In this document: piece after piece, positions 9,795 to 20,116 of the stretch
How positions within the stretch are numbered: position 1 is the first letter of the stretch
Layout of the letters: each line of letters starts with the position of its first letter
NCBI GenBank assembly: GCA_031266655.1
Contig: JAISAP010000059.1
Location: 1 to 49,542, forward strand
Source of the DNA: Holosporales bacterium
GTDB taxonomy: Bacteria; Pseudomonadota; Alphaproteobacteria; UBA3830; JAIRMZ01
Length of the DNA stretch: 49,542 bases
Direction: 5' to 3'
Translations under genes and position numbers: made by a program
Notes under the pieces: generated by a model
Seen by the model: only the letters and a program-made list of their open reading frames with translations
The model's database searches: none
What the model was told of the DNA's origin: nothing

Positions 9795-10780
9795 ACTTGA
9801 GGCGAGCGCACCTCGTGTGAGCAAGAATACAGCATGTTGTAGGATAGTGGGTGAGAAATGGATGCCCCTGAGGCGTAAAGATGGTGCGTTTGACGTTTGT
9901 GCCCCAAAAGCAAGCAAGCTGCACAAGCATGCTCAACACAGCGTGATCGCCTAAGGGCCTTTGGCACCAATCTGCGTGTGCCTTGGGAACATCCGGCATT
10001 TTTGCTCTGTCAGCGATGGTACAGTACGCTAACGTTGCCCTCAGGTTGTTTCGATGCATTCTTTTGCCATGCCCCGCATATCGTCTACCCTCCTCTCTGT
10101 CACAGCTTCGGCGACAAGACGGTCGTGTCTCTTCCCCATCGGTCACGCTGTCATCTTGCGTAAGCGTGATGGGCGAGCGCGCTCCCATTCTGGGTCCAGG
10201 AAGAAGCAGCACCCTTGTATCTCGTGGCCACTCTGTTCTTGTGATTTTGGTGTGGGAGCCGATACACTCCACTTCGAGAGCGCGAGCATGGGATTGGGTC
10301 GCTCCCTCTCGCCAAGCATGCCGGGCCAACGATACGGGATTGAACAGAGGCTCTGGACTAGCATCTCTTTTGCCTGTTGACCAGATGCTCCAATACACTG
10401 AGGGGAGGCGCACCTCTAGCGAATGCTTGTTGCTCTCTTCCGCCAACCAAACCCCGGAGTCTTTCCTGCGGCTCCACCCCCTCTCTTACCTCACACCCTC
10501 CTCAAAGACACCCAAATCCCTGGGATTCTCCTCAAAACTCTTCTGTACTATGAACGCTCAAAAATGCTCGTAGGTCAGGTGGCTCGTGTCTCACTTTACC
10601 GTGAACAATGTGCTCACAGACACATGCAAGAATGCCGTGCTTTTCATAAACCCCTAACCGACTGAATTTCAACATGTCGCACTCTTCCTAACATCATGTT
10701 GCTAGGAGAGAGCCATCAGTAATAGTTTCCCTATACTTCTGAGTCGCTGTATATCTTGGTACAGCCAAGAGAGAGGGTAG

Positions 10781-11959
10781 GTGAAAATGCGGCATCTGTT
10801 GTTCGCTGTGCTCTTGTTAAACGTCAGCTTTTCTGCATTTTCTATGAGAGCTGGGAGGTCTCATCCTTGTTTTGAAAGACATGAAATTGCATCTGGACAT
10901 AGCCTCGTTCTCTATCAGGGGCGCTATTTCCAGTTAAACAAAGACGAAAACGCGCATCTTGACACGTTAAGAGAAGACTCTGACGTTGCCGCCTATCTGA
11001 AAGTACTTTTTCCCTTAGTGTCGCCATCAGTGGACAGCGATCTGTTCCCGGAGATGGGAATAAAACTGAACATTTATGGAACAACCTATTGTTGCTCTCA
11101 AGTGCAAAGTATGGACCTGTATGCGCACATAAGGGGGCACGTTTTACGAACATCGATATTGGGTGCGCACGACTTGTTTTTTCTAGGTCGCCAAGTAGTG
11201 GCCACCATCTTGGGGTCCCGCCCTGTAAATAATGCGGATGTACTTCACCCGGTGTTGGAAGCTTATCGAAACGTTTGCCTGACGTTCGGAATCTCCTTGT
11301 CCCAGATCTTGCATGTCTCTTGCCAAGACGGCCCCAATCAGGGTATTTCGCAGGGAGAAAAGCCTATCTCTGATTGTTTTTGCGCAGCGGTGGATCCTGA
11401 AAAGGATCTGCATCTCTTGCCTTGCGAGCAACAACTCATCATGTCCGCCTGGTTCGGCGCTTATCCCTTTACCAGCAGCTTGCCCCAGCTAGTGACGCTC
11501 TTGGAGAAATTAGCAGTAGGCGGCTGTCTTGTATTGATCGATACCCTCCTCTACTTGGGGAAGGAGCCTCACTCGGAGAAAGTGCCCTTGGATTGCCCCC
11601 CGGATGACCCACCAGCACACTTCTTGATACAGTACTTTTCTGATGAAGACCCGTGGGAACTCCCCTCAGGACGCTTCTCAGTACGAGAATTTTCTGATTA
11701 TAGAGCGTTTTTCGTTTTCTTCACAGAATTGCCTCATGTGGGCGCGCGACTTGCAAGTTTGCTCGTTCCCTTCTTTTGTGGCGGTTTCATGCGGTGTGCA
11801 CCGTCTTTCCCTGATGGTTCAGGGCATCCTGCATATCAGGAGAGGCGACGTGCCAGTTTCGTAGAGCAATGGAACGGAAATCTTCTGAGGGCCGTGCACT
11901 CCGCTCTGGAAAGTAATGAATTTCGTGTGCACCTCATCGAGAAACTGCCGCCTGCGTAA
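10781..11959 (+). CDS. Exported hypothetical protein, paralogue of 12063..13673
   Basis: 392-aa ORF with signal-peptide-like N-terminus (MRHLLFAVLLLNVSFSAFSMR); its C-terminal ~250 aa align by eye with the next ORF. Confidence 0.8.
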   Translation: MKMRHLLFAVLLLNVSFSAFSMRAGRSHPCFERHEIASGHSLVLYQGRYFQLNKDENAHLDTLREDSDVAAYLKVLFPLVSPSVDSDLFPEMGIKLNIYGTTYCCSQVQSMDLYAHIRGHVLRTSILGAHDLFFLGRQVVATILGSRPVNNADVLHPVLEAYRNVCLTFGISLSQILHVSCQDGPNQGISQGEKPISDCFCAAVDPEKDLHLLPCEQQLIMSAWFGAYPFTSSLPQLVTLLEKLAVGGCLVLIDTLLYLGKEPHSEKVPLDCPPDDPPAHFLIQYFSDEDPWELPSGRFSVREFSDYRAFFVFFTELPHVGARLASLLVPFFCGGFMRCAPSFPDGSGHPAYQERRRASFVEQWNGNLLRAVHSALESNEFRVHLIEKLPPA

Positions 11960-12062
11960 TCGTTGTCCGCGGAGGGGAGCACAAACGCGCGTTTTCCCCC
12001 TCCACCCACTCTCCATAGGTGCTTTCATACATTCTTAAGGTCTCGCCCCGTACTTCTATGGA

Positions 12063-13673
12063 ATGAAGAAGGAGGGATCTATGACAATACGCAACCTGCT
12101 GTTCGCTGTATCCTTGTTGAGTATTAGCTTTGCTGCGTTTCCCATGAGAGATAGGCGTGAGATTGCTGATCCCATCCGTCCATCCAAAATTTCCGAAGAA
12201 GCCATACTCGTCTCCTATCACACGGGCCTTTTCTTCACGGACCTCAAAAGCCTTACACCCATAAACCGCGCGAACCTTTTCCTAATGGACCGTACGAATC
12301 TTTCCCTAGGGGACCTCCTGCACCTTTTCCTGAACCGTATGGACCCTATCCCAGGAGATAGCATGGGTCCTGTCTTGGTCGTAGACCCTACAGATCCCGC
12401 CTTGATACACCGTACACGCCCTATCCCAATAGACAGCATGGGTCTTGTCTGGGTGGTAGATCGTACGGATCCCACCTTGATACACCGTACGGACCTTGTG
12501 CCCGTAGACAGCATGGGTCTTGTCTTGGTAGTAGACCGTACAGACCCCGCCTTAACAGACCGTACAGACCTTGTGCCCATAGACGGTACAAATCTTGTTC
12601 CCGTAGACAGCACAGGTTTTGTCCTCATGGACTGCACAAGCCTTGCTCTCATGAACCTCCAAGAGATGGCTAATCTGCTTGGGTATCTTCAAGACGATCA
12701 AGGCATCTTTCAGAGGGCCGAGCAAGAATTCCGGCGTAGAGCAGCTATGCCTCTTATCGATAGACTGCTCTATGCTCTAACGGTGCCCAATAGTAGGTTT
12801 GATCGCACAGTCCGGTTGATGGGCCAACTTTCTGAGGCAGAGTGGGCGCGTTTTAAGGTGCATACGAGGCACAGCACCATCTCTAACGCTTTCAAGAAGT
12901 TCTACCACTTGTTTTTACCAGCAATAGCCTACCCACCTCCAGGAAGCGAACATGCGGCGTTAAGGGCATGTATTATGCAAAAACCGATATTAGATCCGCA
13001 GGACCTGCCTATTTTAGGCAATCAAGTAGTGGTAACGGTTCTGGGGTCTCTGCCCATCGGAAGAAGGGATATTCTCCACTCCGTACTTGGAGTCTATCAG
13101 GATATCTTGTTTTCGTTTGGTATCCCTTTATCTCGAGTCCTACATGGGTCTTGTGGATATGATCCAGACCATATTCCAGGTGGTGTAGAGAGCATTCAAG
13201 ACTGCCTCTGTGCAGTAATAGACCCCGGAGAAGAGGAATTGCGTTCGTTACCTGGTGACCAGCTGTTGATAATGTCATCTGGGCTCATCGCTTCTGAGTT
13301 TGTCAGAAACTCCTCTCGGTTTGCTCGTCTCGCGAATAAGTTGGCGGTAGACGGCTGTCTTATTCTCACAAATACGCCCTTCCGTTTGCAAAATGGGTTC
13401 ATGGATTTATTATCAGGACGCTTTCTCGTGAAAACATTTGCCAATTACAAAAAGTTTTTCACTTTCGCAATGCAATCTGATGATCATGGTGTGCGACTAG
13501 CAAGTTTGGTCCTTCCTTTGCTCCGGGTGGTACGACACGTCAGCATGGTAGAGGAACGCGGAGGCAACCTTGCGGAAGTGATACAATCCACTTTGAAAAA
13601 CCCCTCGCCTCCGATTCACTACGTCAAGAGGCTCCAACCTAAAGCATCTCCTGGGAGCGGTGGTAGCGCGTAG
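12063..13673 (+). CDS. Exported hypothetical protein with internal tandem repeats, paralogue of 10781..11959 (start possibly 12081)
   Basis: MTIRNLLFAVSLLSISFAAFPMR leader; shares LGxQVVxTxLGS, ILHxVL and KLAVxGCLxL blocks with the upstream ORF. Confidence 0.8.
   Translation: MKKEGSMTIRNLLFAVSLLSISFAAFPMRDRREIADPIRPSKISEEAILVSYHTGLFFTDLKSLTPINRANLFLMDRTNLSLGDLLHLFLNRMDPIPGDSMGPVLVVDPTDPALIHRTRPIPIDSMGLVWVVDRTDPTLIHRTDLVPVDSMGLVLVVDRTDPALTDRTDLVPIDGTNLVPVDSTGFVLMDCTSLALMNLQEMANLLGYLQDDQGIFQRAEQEFRRRAAMPLIDRLLYALTVPNSRFDRTVRLMGQLSEAEWARFKVHTRHSTISNAFKKFYHLFLPAIAYPPPGSEHAALRACIMQKPILDPQDLPILGNQVVVTVLGSLPIGRRDILHSVLGVYQDILFSFGIPLSRVLHGSCGYDPDHIPGGVESIQDCLCAVIDPGEEELRSLPGDQLLIMSSGLIASEFVRNSSRFARLANKLAVDGCLILTNTPFRLQNGFMDLLSGRFLVKTFANYKKFFTFAMQSDDHGVRLASLVLPLLRVVRHVSMVEERGGNLAEVIQSTLKNPSPPIHYVKRLQPKASPGSGGSA
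12263..12655 (+). repeat. Intragenic tandem repeats (75-bp/25-aa units built from ~24-bp/8-aa subunits)
   Basis: DSMGPVLVVDPTDPALIHRTRPIPI / DSMGLVWVVDRTDPTLIHRTDLVPV / DSMGLVLVVDRTDPALTDRTDLVPI, flanked by 8-aa units such as DRTNLSLG, DGTNLVPV, DSTGFVLM and DCTSLALM. Confidence 0.88.
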
Positions 13674-13762
13674 GACAGCGCGTATTGCTTCCCGCCGCTC
13701 CTTTCCTTGTTCCCCCACTTTCTCCCGTATAGGCTAAGGAGGAAGCGGGGGAGAGGAAAGAG

Positions 13763-15100
13763 GTGAAAGCAACGCGCTTCCTCAAGAAGAGATTTCCAGA
13801 GACTCTGTATGGAAGAGCTCTGCTGATTCTTGTGACCCCCATGATTTTCATTCAGGGGATCTCCTCTTTTGTCTTTTTCGACCGCCATTGGGAAGCTGTT
13901 ATTCGGCGTACGGCTTTCTTGAAGACGCAAGAAATGGCCTCCCTTGCGGCCCTCATGCAGGAGGCCCCTCCCGAGAAAGCCATATCCCTTGTCCAAAGGG
14001 AGGCAGCGCGCTTTGGCTTGGGTGTGGCAATCCTTCCCCCTCAAGCTTCCCAAGAGCCTTCCACCCGAAAGCTGCATGCTGCGGGAGGGCTTCTCAAGAG
14101 ATCCCTGGATGCGGTTTTTGGACAAGCGTATTCTCTGGAGGAGACGCCCTCTACCTTCGTCGTTCAGGTTTTCTTCCCATCCTACGCGTTGCGCTTCTCT
14201 TTCCCTGTCAAATCTCTTGTCCACCGCACAAGCGATATTTTCATGATGTGGCTTATTGGAACCTCTATTCTTTTTACGTTCATCGCCTGGATCTTTATGC
14301 GCAACCAGATCAAACCCATTCGGGCCCTCGCCAGAGCGGCCGATCAGTTCGGACGCACGAGCTCGTTTGACCCCATGTGTCCGGGCGGAGCGCGGGAAGT
14401 GCGCAAGGCAGGGGAGGCTTTTAACGAAATGCAGGTGCGCATTAAGCATCACATTGAGCAGCGTACAGAGATGCTGGCGGGAGTTTCCCACGACCTGCGC
14501 ACACCCCTGACACGCATGCGTTTGCACCTAGAGCTCATCCCGGACAGCGCAAGTTCTCGGGCCTTGAAGCAGGATCTTGCCGAAATGGACGGGATGGTCG
14601 CGCATTTCTTGGATTACGTGCGAGAGGAGCATCTAGAAGGGGGAGAGCGGACGGCACTTGCGCCTGTCATCCGTAAGATCGTGCAGGACTATTTCATGCC
14701 TGCCCTCTCCTGCGACTTCCATTTAGAAGAGTCTATTGTCTGCACGGTGCGCCCTCAGGAATTCCGGCGCCTTTTGTCTAATTTGCTCTCCAACTGTCAG
14801 CAACAAGCACATCACGTGCGTATAAGTCTTGTCCAAGAGGGGGAAGACGTCGTCCTCACGGTTGAAGACGATGGTCCTGGCGTCCCAGAGCAACACAGAG
14901 AGGACATCTTCCGCCCTTTCTTTCGGTTGGACCCCTCCAGGACACCTGGAAAGGGGGGAAGTGGCTTGGGCCTCTCCATCGTGCAGGGTCTGGTGACCTC
15001 TATGAAAGGGACTATCGCCCTGGGGGAGTCGTCTCTTGGGGGACTCAGCGTCACCATCCGGTTCCCCATTTCTGGATTGCCCAATGAGCCTACGGCGTGA
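13763..15100 (+). CDS. EnvZ/RisS-like membrane sensor histidine kinase
   Basis: Two TM segments, HAMP domain, H-box SHDLRTPLTRM, VEDDGPG (G1), FRPFFRLD and GSGLGLSI (G2). Confidence 0.93.
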   Translation: MKATRFLKKRFPETLYGRALLILVTPMIFIQGISSFVFFDRHWEAVIRRTAFLKTQEMASLAALMQEAPPEKAISLVQREAARFGLGVAILPPQASQEPSTRKLHAAGGLLKRSLDAVFGQAYSLEETPSTFVVQVFFPSYALRFSFPVKSLVHRTSDIFMMWLIGTSILFTFIAWIFMRNQIKPIRALARAADQFGRTSSFDPMCPGGAREVRKAGEAFNEMQVRIKHHIEQRTEMLAGVSHDLRTPLTRMRLHLELIPDSASSRALKQDLAEMDGMVAHFLDYVREEHLEGGERTALAPVIRKIVQDYFMPALSCDFHLEESIVCTVRPQEFRRLLSNLLSNCQQQAHHVRISLVQEGEDVVLTVEDDGPGVPEQHREDIFRPFFRLDPSRTPGKGGSGLGLSIVQGLVTSMKGTIALGESSLGGLSVTIRFPISGLPNEPTA

Positions 15101-15143
15101 TACTGTGCCAGCGGATTTCCCTCTTAGAAAGGATGGGAGCGGA

Positions 15144-16134
15144 ATGCAGATGCTGAGAGACGTGGTGCGTAGAATGTGTGCCCAAATGCCTGGGTCTCTG
15201 GGGTACGTTGCTGCGCTGGTGTACAACAGCACGAGTCTGTATTCCCTAAAAAAGACTTTTCGGATGATCTCCGAACATCACCGTGATGGCCTTCTGGCGA
15301 GTGACTTCCGTTTTGGAAAAGCGATAGAGGACGGAACTTTTTCCGAGAGGATATTGGATTTTTATAGAGATGAGGAGTTGGATTGCTATAATTTCAACGG
15401 CGTTAAATTTCCTTTCCTAGATGGCAAGTCAGGGGGGGGGTGGATGTGACCTAGGCGCTCTTCGTTTAGTGTTTTTCGAGGTTTTCCTCGTTCACTGTCT
15501 CTATGGAGGAAATTACGACAAATTTCTGGTAAGCGCCTTGGGGAATCTCTGCGATAAAGGAGGCCCCTATGAGCTGGAAGACGGGGACTTTGACGTCCGT
15601 GTAAAGTCTGGAGATATCGTCATCGATGCAGGGGCCTGGTGTGGAGATTTTGGCGCTTATGCGGCTTTCAAGGGAGCGACAACCTATGCTTTTGAGATTG
15701 CCGAAGCGACCTTCAGACATCTGGAGGAAACAGCAGCCCTGAACGCAGGGAAGATCCTTCCTGTAAGAATGGGTCTTGGCAACTCTTGCAAGGAGATGAG
15801 GGTGTTCCACACAGGGAATCATGTGGGGGACCGGCTTGTCTCTTCTTCACCGAGTTCCGATGCCGGTGAAAAAGTAGAGGTGACGACGCTCGATGCGTTT
15901 GTTCAAGAGAAGAAGATTAAGAAGGTAGATTTTATCAAGGCAGATATCGAAGGGGTAGAACGCGATATGCTTGAGGGAGCTGCCTATGTTTTGAAGACAT
16001 TCGCTCCAAAATTAGCGATTTGCACGTACCACCTCCCGGATGATCCACAGGTCCTCAGAGACAGAATTCTCAGCGCGAACCCAAGGTACAAGATCGTCCA
16101 GATGCGGCATAAGCTGTACGCTTGCGTCTGCTAA
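15144..16134 (+). pseudogene. FkbM family methyltransferase, out of frame at a G9 tract (phase-variable candidate)
   Basis: Downstream frame has VIDAGAWCG, TTLDAF, DFIKADIEGVE and PKLAICTYH. The frame from ATG 15144 stops at 15449 just after G9 (15432-15440); G8 or G11 would fuse the two frames. Confidence 0.85.
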
Positions 16135-16280
16135 GAAAACCAGGTTCCGAGCAGATCCTTTCTTGAATTTCTAAAAAGCCCTCTCCACTCTGTCGTGTTC
16201 TGAATGTGGAAACAGAGGTTTCATTTTGCCCATGGAGGACCTTGGGTTATACGTAGAATGCGTAAGAGCAAAGGGAAGGT

Positions 16281-17249
16281 ATGCGCGTTCTCTCATGGGT
16301 TTTTCTGCTCCTTGCGGCTTCTTTGGCCAGCGCTTCCCTTCCCTACGGCGCTATCGTGGTGGATGCAGCTTCTGGAAAAGCTTTGTACAGAAAAGGAGCG
16401 GATGTACCGACGCAGCCGGCATCGCTCACGAAGATGATGACGCTCCTCTTGACGTTCAGGGAGAACGCTACCGGTCGCTTGCCCTGGGGACGAAAGCTAA
16501 GAGTTTCTGCGCATGCCGCACGACAGGCTCCTAGCTCTTTGGGGCTGTATCCTGGAAAGACAGTGACTGTGCGCCAAGCGGTGTTGGCCACGATCACCAA
16601 GTCTGCCAACGATGCCGCGGTGGTCCTCGCCGAGAACATTGCGGGATCCGAATCGGCCTTTGTCGTCAGGATGAACCAAGAAGCACGGCGTTTGGGGATG
16701 AAATCTACCGTTTTCTGCAACGCCTCGGGCCTACCGAACAAACGCCAAGTTTCGACAGCGCAGGATATGGCGCAATTGTCTCGGGAGCTGATTAGGAGAT
16801 ATCCGAAATATTATCCTTTATTCGCCACAAAAAGCTTCACGTACGACAGGCACTCCTACGTCAATCACAACAAGCTCCTTGGACGCGCGCGAGGGGGGGT
16901 TGTTGTGGACGGATTGAAGACGGGATTTGTGAACGCATCCGGCTTCAATCTGGCAGCTTCCGCCGTCAAGGGAAAGCGACGCCTGATTGTGGTCGTTCTT
17001 GGCGGTCCCAACCGTTTGTGGAGGGATGCGCGCGTGAGCCACCTGTTCCAGTACGGATTTGAGGGAAGGGCTGCTCACCCTCTGCTGGCAGTACATCGCC
17101 CTCCTCAGAAAGGGAGGACCCGCCAAGAACTCGAGGAAGACGACGTCATTGGAGACCTGATCCGGAGCTTGAATTTCGAGCCAGAAGTTGCCCCTCCTCC
17201 GAAGAATGCCAAGAAACGCAGTTCTGTCAGACATGTGAGTCAGTCTTAG
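16281..17249 (+). CDS. D-alanyl-D-alanine carboxypeptidase (peptidase S11)
   Basis: SxxK (PASLTKMMT), SxN (KSAND) and KTG (GLKTGF) motifs; signal peptide. Confidence 0.93.
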   Translation: MRVLSWVFLLLAASLASASLPYGAIVVDAASGKALYRKGADVPTQPASLTKMMTLLLTFRENATGRLPWGRKLRVSAHAARQAPSSLGLYPGKTVTVRQAVLATITKSANDAAVVLAENIAGSESAFVVRMNQEARRLGMKSTVFCNASGLPNKRQVSTAQDMAQLSRELIRRYPKYYPLFATKSFTYDRHSYVNHNKLLGRARGGVVVDGLKTGFVNASGFNLAASAVKGKRRLIVVVLGGPNRLWRDARVSHLFQYGFEGRAAHPLLAVHRPPQKGRTRQELEEDDVIGDLIRSLNFEPEVAPPPKNAKKRSSVRHVSQS

Positions 17250-17311
17250 ATGTCTGCGGAAAGAGCCTTCCAACCCTTGACTCATCCCGCCTGGGGCTGG
17301 AGACTCTAGAG

Positions 17312-18574
17312 ATGTTGGAAGCTTTTCTGGCTGTAGTAGCGTCTGTTTTTTCCCTATGCGCCTGGGGGAGTGCTCCTGTAGAGGACGCTCCTTCGCCTCC
17401 ACCCCTCAAGGACAGCGTGACATTGAGTTCTGCCTATTTTGAGAGGGCGTACACCAACAAGCAACTGACGGGATTTGGTCTAGAAGTAGTGCGTTTGGGA
17501 GTGCGTGCAGAGACGCTTCTGCCATCACGGTGGGCAGTCTTTTTATGGAAGGGGTTTTGCGCCGGTATTGTCGAACGCGCCCTTGCAACCGCCCTTCGTG
17601 AGACGGGGCACGGCCTGAGACTGCGCGCATTATACAGTGATGGCGCCTACGTCCTTATGCGCGATCGAGAAGTCAAAACCATGCCTACAGAAAAGGATGA
17701 AAATTTCTTCAAGTTCTTCTTTATTAAACTCGTGAATGCGGGGGAGGCCCTGTGTTCTCCGCTACTCGAAGGGTTTGTCGCGGAGGAGCTGAGCATCACA
17801 AGCAGTGGCGATTCAAACAAGGCTAAGGATTGGCTGAAAAAGGGTGTTATTTTCCGCACTGGTGGAATCAACAACAATATTTATCTCGCCGAACTCCTCA
17901 GCAACCAGATCTTCGCGCACGAGGATGTGCCCTTCTTTGAGGGGTATTCCTATATCACCGAACAAACTAGCGGAGCGAGGTATGCTGCGCGCGCGAAAAA
18001 GGTGCAAGATGAATTGTTCGGGGCGGATTCTGTCTATGAAACGCTTGGTGTTCCTGCGACACTTGCGAACATCAAGCGTGCAGGGTGGACCTCCGTTGCT
18101 CTCAGCGGAACCACCTACTATGTAGCCTACTCCACCTGGAATGCCCTGATGGGAAAAGAGCAATCTGTGCGCCCTTTCGCATTTCGGGGAATCCGGATCC
18201 CGGACACCTTCTCTTACCTCACAACGAAAGGAGTCTCTTTTAGGACGATCAGCGAATACAACGTGCGCGACCATCTCGATCTGACGTTTGGTGCTGAGTA
18301 CATCATTTACGGGCTTTCTGCTACAGAATTTAATGTTGGGGTCAAGCAGACCCTTGATGAAGCAGGGCACGATATATCGTATGCCTGTTCTTTTACCTTT
18401 GGCCTTGGGTTGGATGTGGAAGCTTCTGTGAGAATACCCGTCTCTCAGAGGATAGCTTTGGGAGCCGATGTCGGCGTTTACTCCAGAAAAAGCCTTTTAG
18501 GAGAACGCCATTCCACCAATTTGAGAAAAGAGTACGGAGTGAATTTCTCCGTGTCTCTATCTTGGATGTATTAG
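17312..18574 (+). CDS. Exported/outer-membrane hypothetical protein, paralogue 1 (HEXXH degenerate: RETGH)
   Basis: Signal-peptide-like N-terminus; strong similarity to 18576..19934 and 23164..24465; beta-strand-like C-terminus ending NFSVSLSWMY. Confidence 0.82.
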   Translation: MLEAFLAVVASVFSLCAWGSAPVEDAPSPPPLKDSVTLSSAYFERAYTNKQLTGFGLEVVRLGVRAETLLPSRWAVFLWKGFCAGIVERALATALRETGHGLRLRALYSDGAYVLMRDREVKTMPTEKDENFFKFFFIKLVNAGEALCSPLLEGFVAEELSITSSGDSNKAKDWLKKGVIFRTGGINNNIYLAELLSNQIFAHEDVPFFEGYSYITEQTSGARYAARAKKVQDELFGADSVYETLGVPATLANIKRAGWTSVALSGTTYYVAYSTWNALMGKEQSVRPFAFRGIRIPDTFSYLTTKGVSFRTISEYNVRDHLDLTFGAEYIIYGLSATEFNVGVKQTLDEAGHDISYACSFTFGLGLDVEASVRIPVSQRIALGADVGVYSRKSLLGERHSTNLRKEYGVNFSVSLSWMY

Positions 18575-18575
18575 C

Positions 18576-19934
18576 ATGTGTGAGAGGCAGAACAGAGTCT
18601 CTCGTCCGGAAAGAGAGCCTTTGGTGGATCGCGTGTGGGTTCGGAGACTCTGGACGTTAGGTGTTTTGTTGGTCGCATCTGCCTTTTCGCCGTGTGCTTG
18701 GGGGAATCTTCCGACGGAAGGTCCTACTACGCCTCCTCCCAAGAAGCTCAGGGATAGTTTAACACTCAGCTCCGCTTACTTCGAAGGAATGTATACGAAC
18801 AAGCAATTAGCAGCGTTTTGTCTGGAAATGGTGCGCTCGTGGGTTCGCGCAGAAGTCTTGCTTCCGTCGCAATGTGCGACCTTTGTGTGGAAGATGGTGT
18901 TGTTCCCTTTCGTTGGGGAAAAATGTGGAACAGCCCTTCACGAAGCGGGACACGGCCTCAGGTTGCGTGCAGCGTACCGCGATGGTGCGTACGCCTTTAT
19001 GCACGACAGCAAAGCGAAAGATCCCACAGAAAAGAATGAAAATTTCTTCGTGTTCCTTCTTCTTGAGTTTATAGAATCAGGGAGGGCAGCATGTTATCCT
19101 TTGTCTGAGGAGCAGGAAGCGGGGCTCCGGAGCGTTAACCGCGATGGAGAGAAGAGCAAAGACTTTAGAAGCTATCATGAAAAGGATATCGCTTTTAGTG
19201 CCGGTGGGATTAACAACAATACTTATCTCTCCGAGCTTATCAGTAACCAGATTTTTCTCCAAGAAGATGTGTCTTGCCCCGAGGGTTTTTCTTATTTTAC
19301 CAATCAAGCCTACGGCGCACATTACGCCGGGGACGCAAAGGAGCCCGGAGATGATCCGTGGAATTTGAAACTTGACTACGCAGCACTGGGTATTCCTGCG
19401 ACGCTTGCTGATATGGAGCGTGCAGGCTGGGCCTCTGTTGCCCTGAGCGGAACCACCTACTACATAGCGTACTCTGCCTGGAATGCTCTATGGGGTAAAG
19501 AGCAACCCGTCCAGCATTTTGCATTTCTGGGGATTAGGGTTCCAGATACCTTCTCTTACCTCACGACTAAAGGGGTCTCTTTGAGAACCATCAGCGAATA
19601 CAACGTGCGCGAGCATCTCGATCTGACGTTTGGTGCCGAATATATCGTTTACGGACACTCCGCAACAGAATTTCATATCGGCGTCAAGCAGACGCTTGGA
19701 GAGACGTGGAACAGTATGTCTTATGCCTGTTCCTTCACGTTCGGTCTGGGATTGGATGCGGAGGCCTCCGTTAAGGTGCCGATCTCTCGAGTCCTGGGGC
19801 TCTCTCAGGACATGGTTCTAGGAGCCGATGTCGGCGTTTACTCCAGAAAAAGCCTCTTAGGCGAACGCCATTCTCCTAACCTGAGAAAGGACTACGGCGC
19901 CAACTTCTCGGTGTCCGTGTCTTGGATGTATTAG
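18576..19934 (+). CDS. Exported/outer-membrane hypothetical protein, paralogue 2 (HEAGH motif)
   Basis: TALHEAGHGLRLRA, AGGINNN and C-terminal NFSVSVSWMY; ATG directly follows the stop of paralogue 1. Confidence 0.82.
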   Translation: MCERQNRVSRPEREPLVDRVWVRRLWTLGVLLVASAFSPCAWGNLPTEGPTTPPPKKLRDSLTLSSAYFEGMYTNKQLAAFCLEMVRSWVRAEVLLPSQCATFVWKMVLFPFVGEKCGTALHEAGHGLRLRAAYRDGAYAFMHDSKAKDPTEKNENFFVFLLLEFIESGRAACYPLSEEQEAGLRSVNRDGEKSKDFRSYHEKDIAFSAGGINNNTYLSELISNQIFLQEDVSCPEGFSYFTNQAYGAHYAGDAKEPGDDPWNLKLDYAALGIPATLADMERAGWASVALSGTTYYIAYSAWNALWGKEQPVQHFAFLGIRVPDTFSYLTTKGVSLRTISEYNVREHLDLTFGAEYIVYGHSATEFHIGVKQTLGETWNSMSYACSFTFGLGLDAEASVKVPISRVLGLSQDMVLGADVGVYSRKSLLGERHSPNLRKDYGANFSVSVSWMY

Positions 19935-20116
19935 AATGTTTCAGAGCTATTCTTGGGGGTATCACCTTTTGCCCCGGCGCACTTGACATGAGCTCCATGT
20001 TGCAGTGCAGGCGGTTAGGCGCTTACAAGAAACGCGTCATTCTTGCATGTTGCCGTGAGAACATGCCGGCACGTTCTGCGCGCACATGGCTCAAGAGAGG
20101 AGTCACACCCCATCCT

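Noticed and set aside
9742-10665. ORFs of 80-234 aa, or RNase P/tmRNA, after cmk
   Set aside because: No recognisable protein motifs, the ORFs overlap each other on both strands, and no convincing RNA consensus elements were seen.
16893-16899. G7 run in the D,D-carboxypeptidase gene
   Set aside because: Short and in frame; the gene is intact.
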